DNA from: a virus
Virus record (IMG/VR): IMGVR_UViG_3300027977_000009
Direction: 5' to 3' (one strand)
Length of the DNA stretch: 64,000 bases
In this document: in pieces, positions 15,404 to 25,683 of the stretch
Layout: the number at the start of each line of letters is the position of its first letter
Position numbering within the stretch: position 1 is the first letter of the stretch
The notes under the pieces: model-generated
Seen by the model: the letters and a program-made list of their open reading frames with translations, nothing else
What the model was told of the DNA's origin: nothing
Database searches by the model: none
Position numbers and translations under genes: made by a program

Positions 15404-15778
15404 ATGAGCATCAAAGTTGCAGACCTTCCTCAACTTGTTACCGGTATCCTTGTTCGCAAGAACGAGGTCATTCTTTGTGATGACTGCGATGGTCTCGGCG
15501 TTATTGCAACTGAAGACAAGCGCACACATATCACACTTCGACGTAGTTGCGAAAAGTGTGAAGGTGATGGAAGACTAATCAAGACCAGTGAATATATAAA
15601 GTTTATCGAGACCACAGACACTACTAAAAATATACCGTATACTTCTTTTAAAGACACAGTTGATCCTCACCTATACGAAGAACGATGGTTTAGGCTCAAA
15701 CTAGACAACAGAGACTATACACTAGAGAACAAACACCCCGATCTAGTATGCTATCATATGACCACTATGATAAATTAG
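15404..15778 (+). CDS. DnaJ-type Zn-finger protein
   Basis: CDDCDGLG ... CEKCEGDG. Confidence 0.55.
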   Translation: MSIKVADLPQLVTGILVRKNEVILCDDCDGLGVIATEDKRTHITLRRSCEKCEGDGRLIKTSEYIKFIETTDTTKNIPYTSFKDTVDPHLYEERWFRLKLDNRDYTLENKHPDLVCYHMTTMIN

Positions 15779-15823
15779 CAGATCAATATCGATTAATCGA
15801 ATTGTTAAAAAAAGAGAAAACAA

Positions 15824-16066
15824 ATGAGTAAGCTATTTGATTCTGTTAAAGAAGTATGTAAGCAATGGAGTGATAGTATTTTCCCTATCATCAAAACAAT
15901 CTTAGGACTGACGGTCCTAACAATCATCGTTGCTGCCATCATTGCAGGTGCAGCAGAATTCGTCTCGTATTATGGATCTGCGTTATTTGTCGTCACCCTC
16001 GTCGTGACAACTTTCGTAGTTTCAGTGTTAACACATTGGCGTAAGAAAAATCTTCCTGAAAAATAA
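15824..16066 (+). CDS. Small membrane protein
   Basis: Two hydrophobic segments. Confidence 0.6.
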   Translation: MSKLFDSVKEVCKQWSDSIFPIIKTILGLTVLTIIVAAIIAGAAEFVSYYGSALFVVTLVVTTFVVSVLTHWRKKNLPEK

Positions 16067-16122
16067 GGCTTGACATCTTACCCAATCTGTTATATTGTCT
16101 ATATAACAAATGGAGATAAGAC

Positions 16123-16173
16123 ATGACTTCGATTTTTCTGACTAGTGATACACACTTTGGTCAATATTTATGA
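16123..16173 (+). pseudogene. 5' stub of metallophosphoesterase (MTSIFLTSDTHFGQYL*)
   Basis: DxH motif I; own promoter and GGAG RBS; interrupted by endonuclease gene. Confidence 0.75.
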
Positions 16174-16208
16174 CATTTTGATAAATAGCAGTAAGGAGAA
16201 TTGCTGCT

Positions 16209-17063
16209 ATGGGAAGACATACAAAATATCATGATATTACATTGTCTTGTGTCGTGTGCGGAACTGAATTCGTTGTTCCGGAAAACAAACTAAAGAAAAC
16301 ATGTTCTAGAGATTGTTACAAAAAGTCCTTATTGGGTTCCAGCAACCCTAATTATGGAAATAAGTGGACTGCTACACAAGTTATGGAACAATCAGCCAAA
16401 ATAAAAACACTCTATGAAAATGATGAAACCTATAGGTACCGAGTAGGAGCATCAAATCGTGGCAAAACTTTTTCACAGGATAGAATTGATGCGATGCATA
16501 AGCATCGGGATAAGTCATCCTATTCACATCCGCACAGTGTTTTAAGTAAAAAAACAATAGGAGAGAAATCAGCTAAAAAGTGGACTGATGAGTATAAAAA
16601 CCGTATGTATATTCAGGGAGTTGAAGCAGGCCGAATAATTTCAGACGACTTACGGGAGGACTTTGCAATTTATCAAAAAGAATCACACTGGATTAAAGGA
16701 ATGTGGGGTATAGCAGAGGGTTCAGAGAAAGTATCCATCGATGGTGTGTTCAACTGTAAAACTAACAGAAATGGACGTGTACGTGATCATAAACTATCCA
16801 AGACTGATGGTTTTAAGATAGGGTTGTTTCCTGAAATACTACGCCATCCCGCAAATTGTCAAATATTAACACATAGTGAAAACTCATCAAAAAGGGAAAA
16901 ATCTTCAATAGGTGTGCAAATATTGCTTGACAACATAAAAATATATGCTATCTTATGGGAAGAACATGAACTTGTTCTAGAGTTGATAACCCGCTGGGAA
17001 TCAGGAGAAAGATTTTCGGCCCAAACATATAGGAGGAAATCGCAATGCCAAATGTTTACTTGA
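16209..17063 (+). CDS. Homing endonuclease (Zn finger, NUMOD-like repeats, HNH-like C-terminus)
   Basis: CVVCG..TCSRDC, NPNYG, RDHKLS...HPANCQILTHSENSSK; late promoter and RBS hairpin. Confidence 0.75.
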   Translation: MGRHTKYHDITLSCVVCGTEFVVPENKLKKTCSRDCYKKSLLGSSNPNYGNKWTATQVMEQSAKIKTLYENDETYRYRVGASNRGKTFSQDRIDAMHKHRDKSSYSHPHSVLSKKTIGEKSAKKWTDEYKNRMYIQGVEAGRIISDDLREDFAIYQKESHWIKGMWGIAEGSEKVSIDGVFNCKTNRNGRVRDHKLSKTDGFKIGLFPEILRHPANCQILTHSENSSKREKSSIGVQILLDNIKIYAILWEEHELVLELITRWESGERFSAQTYRRKSQCQMFT

Positions 17064-17660
17064 CATCCGATACACACTTTCGGTCACACTAATATCTGTA
17101 AATTCACCAACAGTGATGGTTCCCCTGTGCGTCCATGGCATGACGTTCAGGAAATGGACGAAGAAATGGTCAAGCGGTGGAATGAAACCGTCGGCCCAGA
17201 CGACAAGGTCTATCACTTGGGCGACGTTGTAATCAATCGTAAGCATCTGTCGATCTTGGATCGACTGAATGGCGATAAGGTATTGATCAAGGGAAATCAC
17301 GATATCTTCAAGCTGTCTGATTACACTAGGTATTTTCGTGACATCCGAGCGTATCATGTGATGAACGGTTGCATTCTGTCACATATCCCTGTTCACGAAT
17401 CTAGTCTAGCAAGATTCCACAAAAACATACATGGTCATTTGCATGGTAACCAGGTGAAGAAGCCGATTGGGTTTGACGACGAAACAAAAACTATCATTTA
17501 TGGGGACGAAATAGATCCTAGGTACTATTGCGTGAGCGTAGAGCAGATCAATTACACTCCTATCCTATTTGAAAAGGTAATGAAGAAGCTAGTTGATAGA
17601 GATAAAGAGCTAGGTTTTATAGACGACCGAGAATCCATTCTGGGCCCGGACTCGCCCTAG
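17045..17660 (+). CDS. Calcineurin-like metallophosphoesterase; +1 frameshift at ~17081
   Basis: MPNVYLTSDTHF / GHTNI...HLGDV...KGNHD...SHIP...HGHLH. Confidence 0.75.
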
Positions 17661-17750
17661 ACATTTTTGTTTTACTTCCGTTATTCCACCAACGAGTGCC
17701 GTTTGCGTTTAGATTGGGTTTACCCTTTAGACCAGACGGCACTAGACCAG
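17617..17750 (-). pseudogene. C-terminal remnant of a homing endonuclease
   Basis: Minus strand reads GTRWWNNGSKTKMSRASPGPEWILGRL*. Confidence 0.5.
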
Positions 17751-17768
17751 CGGTTAACTAAATACCTT

Positions 17769-18194
17769 ATGCAAGTCTCATTCATATACCCTAAAGGGGA
17801 ACAGCACACTGCCAAAGAACATGTCACAATACGCATCTGTGAGTTAGCAGCACTACACATAGATTTACCCGATCAGATCGTTGTTGAGTTTCAAAGAATG
17901 GGACCATCAGTATATGGATCAGCGATACTTAATCCAGCGAATAATAATCGTTTTTGCGTAAATTTAGATTTGTCTATCCACGAGATTATCTATCCCATAG
18001 TACATGAGTTGATACATATCAGCCAGATGTATCGGGGACAACTAGCAGTCAGCAGGTCTGGTGTTTTTGTCTGGGAAGGCAAGACATATAATATAGACCA
18101 AGCTAAACTAACATATGCACAATACCAAAATTTGCCTTGGGAAAAAGATGTCGCTGATCGATTCACATTTCTTTTAGAAAAAATATTAAAATAG
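17769..18194 (+). CDS. Zincin-like metallopeptidase
   Basis: HELIHISQ ... LPWE. Confidence 0.7.
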   Translation: MQVSFIYPKGEQHTAKEHVTIRICELAALHIDLPDQIVVEFQRMGPSVYGSAILNPANNNRFCVNLDLSIHEIIYPIVHELIHISQMYRGQLAVSRSGVFVWEGKTYNIDQAKLTYAQYQNLPWEKDVADRFTFLLEKILK

Positions 18195-18267
18195 AAGTTA
18201 TTACGATTTCAGTTGACATGCCCGATTTGTTTTGCTATATTAAGATATAGGATGAAAGGTAACAAAA

Positions 18268-18615
18268 ATGGACATCGAATCTATGGTCGGAAAGACTTTT
18301 ACGAAAGTCTGGGCAGATCACGACACTATGATTTTTGAAAACCACGTAGAAAGATATACATTTTACCACGGCCAAGATTGCTGCGAAACCGTAAATATCG
18401 AAGACATTTGCGGCGACCTTTCAGACTTAGAGAATCTGCCACTGTTGGTCGCGCGTGAAATATCTGGTGAAACTCCGGATATGGAAGGGTTTGAATCTTA
18501 CACGTGGACGTTCTATAAGTTCGCGACTTTTAAGGGATATGTTGACGTTCGTTGGTTTGGCAGTTCGAACGGCTATTATTCTGAATCGGTCGACCTCAAT
18601 CACGAACTAATTTAA
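18268..18615 (+). CDS. Phage hypothetical protein
   Basis: HGQDCCE, WTFYKFAT.KG, SNGYYSE; early promoter upstream. Confidence 0.75.
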   Translation: MDIESMVGKTFTKVWADHDTMIFENHVERYTFYHGQDCCETVNIEDICGDLSDLENLPLLVAREISGETPDMEGFESYTWTFYKFATFKGYVDVRWFGSSNGYYSESVDLNHELI

Positions 18616-18628
18616 ACAGAAAGAAAAC

Positions 18629-19144
18629 ATGATGACTATTTTAGATACACTCAGAGCAGACCAACTTGATGCTCGTAAGAACAGAGACACGGTTGCTACC
18701 GCACTATTGACTACCCTTCTGGGCGATGCTACTAAGGTCACCGATGAGGACTTCAAGAAAGGTGCCACAGAAATCACTGACGAAAAGGTGATCGTGACTA
18801 TCAAGAAGTTCCTAAAGAACACTGAAGAAACCAAACGTATCTTAGATGCTGAGTTTGAGCGGGTCATGGGTCATTCTTCCAATGACGGCAAGACGCGTCC
18901 ATTGACCGATGAAGATAGAGTGTTTATGGAAGATATCGTCCCTAAGATGCGAACTGCTGACCGTGAGATCAATCTGTTGAATATGTATCTCCCGCAGCAA
19001 ATGGACGAGTTCCAGCTACGTAATACGATTGATGCATTCAAGACTACGAACCCAGACACTAATATGGGCGGAATCATGTCGTATTTGAAGACTAACTTTG
19101 CCGGACTCTACGACGGCAAGATGGCAAGTCAACTAGCTAAGTGA
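18629..19144 (+). CDS. GatB/YqeY domain protein
   Basis: EINLLNMYLPQQM, MGGIMSYLK, YDGKMASQ. Confidence 0.8.
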   Translation: MMTILDTLRADQLDARKNRDTVATALLTTLLGDATKVTDEDFKKGATEITDEKVIVTIKKFLKNTEETKRILDAEFERVMGHSSNDGKTRPLTDEDRVFMEDIVPKMRTADREINLLNMYLPQQMDEFQLRNTIDAFKTTNPDTNMGGIMSYLKTNFAGLYDGKMASQLAK

Positions 19145-19157
19145 TATAAAGGAAATT

Positions 19158-19670
19158 ATGATGAATTTCGAAACGATTTTGAAAACATTTGATTATAGTA
19201 TCACGGACGGATCAGCATATCAATGGAAATGCTATCCTGCAGCTAGGTTCATGGTGTTAGAGAGTGACAGTGCAGAAGTAACTATTATTTACTCTACTGT
19301 TGAGCAAACGATTTACGAAGCCAGGGTCGATGCTAAAGATAGTTTGTCTTCAGTTCCTTATCGTTGGTTAAATCCATTCTGGAAAGATGCTTATTACGCG
19401 GAAGCCGCCGAACGCAACATAGATCCTGTGTTTGCATATGATGATGTTAAGTGGACTGATCTTGAGGTCGAAGATGATTTCTTGACTAAAGCTAGGTTCA
19501 TGTTTGACGGCAAGTTTGATTTTGATAAGCGAATCCAAATCGAACTTGATCTTGATCTTCCTGATGATCTATTATTGCGTCTTGCGATGCAAGCGCATGA
19601 ATTGGATATCACACTGAATCAGTATCTGGAACAAGTTTTGAGACAGGCAGTAGAAAACACGAATGCTTGA
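19158..19670 (+). CDS. Hypothetical protein with C-terminal ribbon-helix-helix-like segment
   Basis: LPDDLLLRLAMQAHELDITLNQYLEQVL. Confidence 0.65.
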   Translation: MMNFETILKTFDYSITDGSAYQWKCYPAARFMVLESDSAEVTIIYSTVEQTIYEARVDAKDSLSSVPYRWLNPFWKDAYYAEAAERNIDPVFAYDDVKWTDLEVEDDFLTKARFMFDGKFDFDKRIQIELDLDLPDDLLLRLAMQAHELDITLNQYLEQVLRQAVENTNA

Positions 19671-19869
19671 GTCAATTAAGTGGATCGGTACCGGATGTGT
19701 TATTCTAGCAACAATATGTCGGGTATACGATCAGCATATGGCAGACATCATTTTGTCATTGTTCGGAGCAGGTATCTGGGGATATGTTGCTGCCGTAACG
19801 AAGGATAAGGCACTGTTGACTGTTAACTGCTTTATTTTCACACTATTACTTTTTGGAATCATGAAATGA
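19663..19869 (+). CDS. Small membrane protein
   Basis: Hydrophobic; overlapping start/stop with neighbours. Confidence 0.65.
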   Translation: MLESIKWIGTGCVILATICRVYDQHMADIILSLFGAGIWGYVAAVTKDKALLTVNCFIFTLLLFGIMK

Positions 19870-20186
19870 AAATTGAACCCTCAGAACTAATTATCAATCA
19901 GCCTACAGAAGCATGGACGGATGAAGAATGGAATACGTTTGCTATTTGGGTTAATGAACTGTTGCGTACTACTGAAGTACTAATCACGTTCACTAAGAAA
20001 GACGGCAGTGAGAGGGTAATGCGATGCACCCTCAATCCTGATGTTCTTCCTAAGAAAGAAATCAATGAAGAAAAGACTTCGCGTAATATTTCGACGACCT
20101 CAATTCCTGTATTCGATCTAGATATGCAGGCCTGGCGAAGTTTTACTATCAGATCAGTCAAGAACGTCTATTCTTCACTTATTTAA
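19866..20186 (+). CDS. WYL_2/SH3-like phage protein
   Basis: ITFTKKDGSERVMRCTL ... VFDLDMQAWRSF. Confidence 0.75.
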   Translation: MKIEPSELIINQPTEAWTDEEWNTFAIWVNELLRTTEVLITFTKKDGSERVMRCTLNPDVLPKKEINEEKTSRNISTTSIPVFDLDMQAWRSFTIRSVKNVYSSLI

Positions 20187-20482
20187 AATAAAAGTATATT
20201 ATGCCAAAACGATTGCACTAAATACTACTGTCAACAAAAGAGAGAGGTTGACAAGAAGTCTTGATTAGTAGTCAAGGTTTCTATTTTAACTGATATTTCA
20301 GTTAATTGTCGTCAAGTATTTTTGAAGCGGGAATTTGTAAACCGTATAATATAATATTATACGGTTTATCCTTTATCAAAGATACTTACGGAAGTGCTAC
20401 TTTAAGATAGATAGGGTGTCCCGTAAGAAGGACGTTATAAATAACCCATCGTCTCTTAGAGCGGCCCAATTAAGGAAATAAA

Positions 20483-21091
20483 ATGTTCTTTTCTCAGAAA
20501 AGTTCTAACCAAGATAAATCATCTTGGAAAATAATGTTAGTAACACTGTTTGCAGGCGTTGTGCTTCAAGCAATGAATATAGAAAATACAGCATATGCGG
20601 CGACAGCTATGTCTGTTACTACGATACACCCGAAGACTATTTCGGTTGACACTTCAGTCGCACCTACTAAACCTAAGTTCTTGTCGATAATCGACACCAC
20701 TGAAAAGCTTACGGTTAACGAATCTGATCTTTTCTGTTTAGCTAAAAATATCTATCATGAGGCCAGCGGTGAGTCTACCTTAGGTAAATTCGCTGTGGCA
20801 CAGGTTACCATCAACCGAATGAAGAAGAACCGTCTCGGTGTATGCGAAGTTGTGTTCGCCCCGTCCCAATTTTCATGGGCTAGTACTCGGGGGAAACGAT
20901 GGACTACTCCATCTGGTGTAGCATGGGAATCGAGTAAGAAGATTGCACGTGAAACATTGCTCGACGGAAAACGTGTTTACGGTATGGAAAGTGCGCTATA
21001 TTTTCATGCAGCGTATGTCTCTCCCAATTGGCGTGGCTTGACTAAATTAGTACAGATCGGTAATCACATTTTCTATCGACCAAATAGATAA
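20483..21091 (+). CDS. Cell wall hydrolase, SleB/Hydrolase_2 family
   Basis: CLAKNIYHEASGE, VAQVTINR, SQFSW, LYFHA, IGNHIFY. Confidence 0.9.
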   Translation: MFFSQKSSNQDKSSWKIMLVTLFAGVVLQAMNIENTAYAATAMSVTTIHPKTISVDTSVAPTKPKFLSIIDTTEKLTVNESDLFCLAKNIYHEASGESTLGKFAVAQVTINRMKKNRLGVCEVVFAPSQFSWASTRGKRWTTPSGVAWESSKKIARETLLDGKRVYGMESALYFHAAYVSPNWRGLTKLVQIGNHIFYRPNR

Positions 21092-21159
21092 TAAAGGTTG
21101 ACATTCCCTCGTTTCGGGCATATAGTTTATCTATAGCTTGGAACGAGGGATTTTCTATT

Positions 21160-21483
21160 ATGAATGCTCTACTCAAAACGATTACAATGTATGGTGTGCG
21201 GGCTAAACGTGACTGGACGAATGCTGATGCATATCCTAGTTTGTATAGTGGTGGTCGAGGTGGGAATGATGGCAACCGAATTCTGGTTTCCGAAGGTCAC
21301 TATTTGAGCAACCATCGAGACTCAGACGGAAGTCTTGCTCACGCACGGCTTTGGCCAACACCCCAAAAAGTAGTTCAAACATTTAAGCAGACTTATTATA
21401 ATTTAGCATCCGTTTTTGAAATTGTGCCGATCGAAATTGTTATTCCTGATGACAATGTGGGTACAACTCCTATAATTCTGTGA
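21160..21483 (+). CDS. Hypothetical early protein
   Basis: TTGACA promoter and GAGG RBS. Confidence 0.55.
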   Translation: MNALLKTITMYGVRAKRDWTNADAYPSLYSGGRGGNDGNRILVSEGHYLSNHRDSDGSLAHARLWPTPQKVVQTFKQTYYNLASVFEIVPIEIVIPDDNVGTTPIIL

Positions 21484-21560
21484 TTTATTTAAAATAAGTG
21501 TTGACTTAGGTTATCCATTTTGCTATATTAAATTATAAGTAGAGACGGCTAGGACATCTG

Positions 21561-21755
21561 ATGGCTCGTAAGCGCAAAGTACTAAAGGCCGCGATTCCGG
21601 CTGATCTCGTAGACAAAATCTATAAAGCAGAAGGCTGGATCAAGATAAGAGATGAAGTTCGCACCCGTCGTTGTAAAGAAGTTTACGATTTTTCGGTAGA
21701 CCATCGTGCTAGTCTCTACATAGCGACCCCCAAAGCGGGTATGGAGATTTTCTGA
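21561..21755 (+). CDS. Hypothetical early protein
   Basis: Follows consensus early promoter at 21501. Confidence 0.6.
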   Translation: MARKRKVLKAAIPADLVDKIYKAEGWIKIRDEVRTRRCKEVYDFSVDHRASLYIATPKAGMEIF

Positions 21756-21813
21756 TGTGGACACAAGCCAAACTTGACTGCGATTCGATCAAAGAACACT
21801 TTGGAGTTAACCT

Positions 21814-22011
21814 GTGAAAGTCAAATATATTGAGGATTGTAAGAAATACTGGGGTCCAGAGTTTGCTGAACTAGCAGGTGTCGAACATCAACCCGAACAC
21901 GATGAAATTGCCGCAATGGGCTGCTATACGATGCTGTATGAAGTTGCCGACAGTTTTCGTGATGGTGAGCTTAGGACAGAGATTTTGAAACACTTTGGAA
22001 TAGAACAATGA
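21814..22011 (+). CDS. Hypothetical protein
   Basis: GGAG RBS; C-terminus ILKHFGIE. Confidence 0.55.
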   Translation: MKVKYIEDCKKYWGPEFAELAGVEHQPEHDEIAAMGCYTMLYEVADSFRDGELRTEILKHFGIEQ

Positions 22012-22162
22012 TCACTGCATTCGAGATTGTCGCACTTACTGTAGTAGGGGTTGTCTGGTACATTATCATCACAAACAAATATGATAAATAGGCATGATTT
22101 TGGTTGATATCAATTACCCGTTTTGCTATATTGAATTATAGGGAATGAGGGAGAATCGAGAC

Positions 22163-22330
22163 ATGGAACAAAAACGAGTTAACCTCTACGTCAGCTGGAC
22201 TGGAGAAGGCCCAGTAGCTTTCTATAAGCAGTTCAAAAATATGGATGTAGCCAAAGCGTTCACTAAGGAATTCCAAGAACGCGAGAACTATTGCCCGGTA
22301 TGGCACTACGCTGAAACAGAGGACGAGTAA
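22163..22330 (+). CDS. Hypothetical early protein
   Basis: Follows promoter at 22104; GGGAG RBS. Confidence 0.55.
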   Translation: MEQKRVNLYVSWTGEGPVAFYKQFKNMDVAKAFTKEFQERENYCPVWHYAETEDE

Positions 22331-22448
22331 ACATGTCGAGAATCAATTGGGAATTTTTGGTTGTATGGACTGTAATTATTGCTGGTTGTGGTACCATTTG
22401 GTACTGGGTAATTAAGACTATTTTGTCTGCGTGGTAAAGGAACGGAAC

Positions 22449-22664
22449 ATGTCAAAGAAATATAATAATCGTCACGGTGGTCCCTATGACCGCGGTTCTG
22501 CTGATAGCTACTATCGTCGTGGTTATCAACCTCACTATTATGTTGGGGCCACCCGTGCATCTGATCGGGTTGAGAGGAAAAATATGACCCCCGAAGAAAT
22601 CGAAGCCTATACCGCAGGCTACGATGCCAATGAAGAGGCCGGTAATTTCAAAGAGTGGGATTAA
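22449..22664 (+). CDS. Phage hypothetical protein
   Basis: RHGGPYDRGSADSYY ... YTAGYD. Confidence 0.7.
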   Translation: MSKKYNNRHGGPYDRGSADSYYRRGYQPHYYVGATRASDRVERKNMTPEEIEAYTAGYDANEEAGNFKEWD

Positions 22665-22764
22665 TTGATAAAAAATTGTGCCCTAAATCATTTTTTGGTT
22701 GACTTCGGGTACCCATTTTGCTATATTGAATTATAGACAGAAACAAACGAACGGAGATACGAAC

Positions 22765-23040
22765 ATGATCTACACCCTCAAGATTTACCGTATGGATCGT
22801 CGCTGCAAGACCGGTGAACGCTTTGTCAGTTCCTACGAGTTTGATCGTCCCGATGATGCTTCGATGGATCGTGAAGTCAATGCTCTTCGTGGCTGCGGCT
22901 ACTTCGACGACATGTTCCGCATCGAATACGCCCCCAAGTTCATCACTGTCAAGAACCTGATGAGCGGTAAGGATGTAGAGATTGCTGCCGATACTCCTTG
23001 GAGCTGCCGCGTCGATTCTGAATCTTACTGGAGCAACTAA
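22765..23040 (+). CDS. Hypothetical early protein
   Basis: Follows promoter at 22699; VKNLMSG...DTPWSC...SESYWS. Confidence 0.7.
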   Translation: MIYTLKIYRMDRRCKTGERFVSSYEFDRPDDASMDREVNALRGCGYFDDMFRIEYAPKFITVKNLMSGKDVEIAADTPWSCRVDSESYWSN

Positions 23041-23041
23041 G

Positions 23042-23218
23042 ATGGTAACCGACATTGATCACGCTATGCGTATCGTAGGCAAGATGGCTAAGGAGCGTTA
23101 TCGTTCCGGCGACGAAGTTCTTGCTGAATTTATCAAGTATGAAAAGAACGGTGAGTGCCAGCATTTTTGGCCAGATGAGAACACTGCTTGCCAGATGCTT
23201 TTGGCCGAACTAAGGTAA
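23042..23218 (+). CDS. Hypothetical protein
   Basis: ATG immediately after the previous stop. Confidence 0.5.
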   Translation: MVTDIDHAMRIVGKMAKERYRSGDEVLAEFIKYEKNGECQHFWPDENTACQMLLAELR

Positions 23219-23227
23219 GAGCGAGTT

Positions 23228-23485
23228 ATGCAACATCTGATGTATGACAAAACGTCCAAAGAAAAAAAAATAGAAAACGTTCGTAGTATAATTAGAACAA
23301 TCGCAAAAGAAATCTTCACTCCTGTACTTTTTGGATTGATTGTCAGCCTTCCGATCATGTGGCTCTGGAATCTCTGTTTGGTTCCTGCTCTTACAGTTGT
23401 CAAATCTATCAGCTGGATTCAGGCCTGGGGCCTACTAGTTCTATGTGCTATTTTGTTCAAATCGGCGACCGATTCTAAAAATTAA
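23228..23485 (+). CDS. Membrane protein
   Basis: MWLWN ... ISWIQAWGL hydrophobic pattern. Confidence 0.65.
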   Translation: MQHLMYDKTSKEKKIENVRSIIRTIAKEIFTPVLFGLIVSLPIMWLWNLCLVPALTVVKSISWIQAWGLLVLCAILFKSATDSKN

Positions 23486-23543
23486 TTTGACATTGTTCCT
23501 TTTCAGTGCTATATTTAATTATAATCTGAATTGAGGATTTTTC

Positions 23544-23936
23544 GTGAACAAGCTGATTGAAGGTAACGTTGTCACTCTTAAAGTTCGTAGTCCGCTTTGG
23601 GACACGAGAGACCGTTACGCAATGGGTGTCATCCGTGAGTTCAAAATCTATTCTGGCACTATCATGCGTCAAAAATGGTTTAATGAGAATGAAATCGGCC
23701 TGACAAGTCAGGATAAATATCCTCCTTTTCGCGTGATCCGTATGGAAAACATCGTTGAAATCGACGGTGTTGTATCTGACTATGTTCCCCCTGTTGTGTC
23801 TGCTCCCAAAACTGTCGTAGTCCAAGGTTCCAAAGGTGATATGTACACTGTCATCAAAGACGGTCTCAAGTCCTCTTGTACTTGTAAGGGCTTTGGTTTT
23901 AGGAAAACGTGCAAGCACATTGAAGGAGTCAAGTGA
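23544..23936 (+). CDS. SWIM Zn-finger protein
   Basis: GSKGDMYTV ... CTCKGFGFRKTCKH. Confidence 0.75.
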   Translation: MNKLIEGNVVTLKVRSPLWDTRDRYAMGVIREFKIYSGTIMRQKWFNENEIGLTSQDKYPPFRVIRMENIVEIDGVVSDYVPPVVSAPKTVVVQGSKGDMYTVIKDGLKSSCTCKGFGFRKTCKHIEGVK

Positions 23937-24394
23937 TGCCTAAGTTGTATGTCCTAGTCGGTGTGCCCGGCGCTGGTAAGAGTACTTGGGTAGCTAACCA
24001 AGAATGGTCGAACACGGCATTCATCTCTACGGACAAATTCGTAGACGAATATGCTCAGTCTGTTGGCAAGACCTATTCGGAAGTGTTTGAAGGGTACATG
24101 CCAACTGCTATCAACTTGATGACCAAAGAGGTTATCGAGGCCCGTAATGCAGGTAAGGATATCGTGTGGGACCAGACTTCGACCTCTCGTGCTGCCCGCG
24201 CCCGCAAATTGAATATGCTCAAGGGTTATGAAGCTATTGCAGTCGTGTTCGAGACTCCGGAACCAGAAGAACTTGCCAAGAGGCTTGCTAGCCGACCCGG
24301 CAAGAACATTCCAGATCATGTCATGAAACAAATGATCAATAACTTTTCTATGCCTTCTAAGAAAGAGGGCTTCAACAAAATAATGGTGGTATGA
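23933..24394 (+). CDS. P-loop kinase (AAA_33 / polynucleotide-kinase-like)
   Basis: GVPGAGKST, STD, WDQTS, R..K.IP..V. Confidence 0.85.
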   Translation: MMPKLYVLVGVPGAGKSTWVANQEWSNTAFISTDKFVDEYAQSVGKTYSEVFEGYMPTAINLMTKEVIEARNAGKDIVWDQTSTSRAARARKLNMLKGYEAIAVVFETPEPEELAKRLASRPGKNIPDHVMKQMINNFSMPSKKEGFNKIMVV

Positions 24395-24395
24395 A

Positions 24396-24734
24396 ATGCA
24401 GTTTGCAATCGCATGTAAAGACGGTAATGCATCAATTTGGTGCGAACAAAATAGTGTATTACCAGACGGACGAATTACTTTCATAGTGATTAACGGCGAC
24501 TGGACCGGAATCTATGATCCTCAAAAACATGAAATATATGTGGATTATACTAAAGAAACTATCTACGGTAAGCTGATCTGGCAAGGCAAAGCACCATTTT
24601 ATTCACACGACTATAATAGTGCATTGCGTTGGATCGACGAGCAAGTCAGTTTGACTAGTGGTAGGATCCGTGATTGGATCTATGTTGACGACGATGTAGC
24701 GGAACAGATAAAGACAGGTGAGACAAATCGATGA
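24396..24734 (+). CDS. Hypothetical protein
   Basis: Operon-packed ORF. Confidence 0.6.
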   Translation: MQFAIACKDGNASIWCEQNSVLPDGRITFIVINGDWTGIYDPQKHEIYVDYTKETIYGKLIWQGKAPFYSHDYNSALRWIDEQVSLTSGRIRDWIYVDDDVAEQIKTGETNR

Positions 24735-25093
24735 CTATGCATCTAGCTCCTATTTTTGTTAGCACAGTCAATCACGGGAAGATCAAGAAGAAACTGACTG
24801 CTCCCCAGCTTAGGGCTAAAATAGAGCATGAAGCTTGGTTGTCTAGGCAAGGATTGCATCCTGATCAACTCAAAGCTAAGAAGTCAAAGAAGCGCGATAA
24901 GGAAGAAAGTGCCATTATGTATCAGCCTCGCTGTACTATTCCCACTTCTAACCTGGTTGGCAATGGGTTCAAAAAGGAAGAGAACAAGTATACAGGTACA
25001 CTGATCACTGGTATTGCTACGCTTCATAAATCTAATGCAGTCCCGGTTATCAACAAGAATCAAATAGAAGAAATCGCACGGATGAGGCGTTGA
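24731..25093 (+). CDS. Phage hypothetical protein
   Basis: YTG..ITGIATLHKSNAVPV ... IARMRR. Confidence 0.75.
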   Translation: MTMHLAPIFVSTVNHGKIKKKLTAPQLRAKIEHEAWLSRQGLHPDQLKAKKSKKRDKEESAIMYQPRCTIPTSNLVGNGFKKEENKYTGTLITGIATLHKSNAVPVINKNQIEEIARMRR

Positions 25094-25159
25094 GCATCCG
25101 ATATAAGTTGCTATAAATAGAAGCATATATTGAAGATAAAGTGGAAGTGAGACGATAAA

Positions 25160-25627
25160 ATGAACTACTATATTAACACATCCCACGAAGATGGTTATCA
25201 TTTTGACGCACGTGGCATTGCGACTATCGAGCAAAGGTATGGTGCCAAATATATGGGATACTGGTGCACAAAGAACTCACGTGGCGGTTGGAATGAGCAA
25301 CCCGTAGATGTTTTCTATCAGCCAAATCCCAATAAAGAACTTGGGCATAGCCATTATTTTGGTATGTTCAGGACTATAGATGGTCAAGTCATGATCACCG
25401 ACGCAGCATCTTGCTTTTCAGAGCCACTGACAGGTGCTGTGTGCGATGATGAAGAGGTGATTGTTTCTCGCTATCGTCACGACTACATAAAGAAAAAGGG
25501 TGCCATGATTGACGGTGGTCGCGATTACACTCGCACTAGTACCGGTAAGCTCATTCATGTTAATGTGGTGGGCTCAGAGTTCACTTTTTCTGATATTGAC
25601 GGAGACAAAGATGATGTCATGGAATAA
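25160..25627 (+). CDS. Phage hypothetical protein
   Basis: SRYRHDY ... IDGGRDY. Confidence 0.7.
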   Translation: MNYYINTSHEDGYHFDARGIATIEQRYGAKYMGYWCTKNSRGGWNEQPVDVFYQPNPNKELGHSHYFGMFRTIDGQVMITDAASCFSEPLTGAVCDDEEVIVSRYRHDYIKKKGAMIDGGRDYTRTSTGKLIHVNVVGSEFTFSDIDGDKDDVME

Positions 25628-25683
25628 TGTGATTTCTACCTGCGCAAGAGTTAAATATCATCAGATGAAAGTCAATAAAGGAT

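Noticed and set aside
16164-17068. Group I intron in the phosphoesterase gene
   Set aside because: The insert is almost entirely ORF, with no room for or sign of a ribozyme core; a duplicated gene start explains it better.
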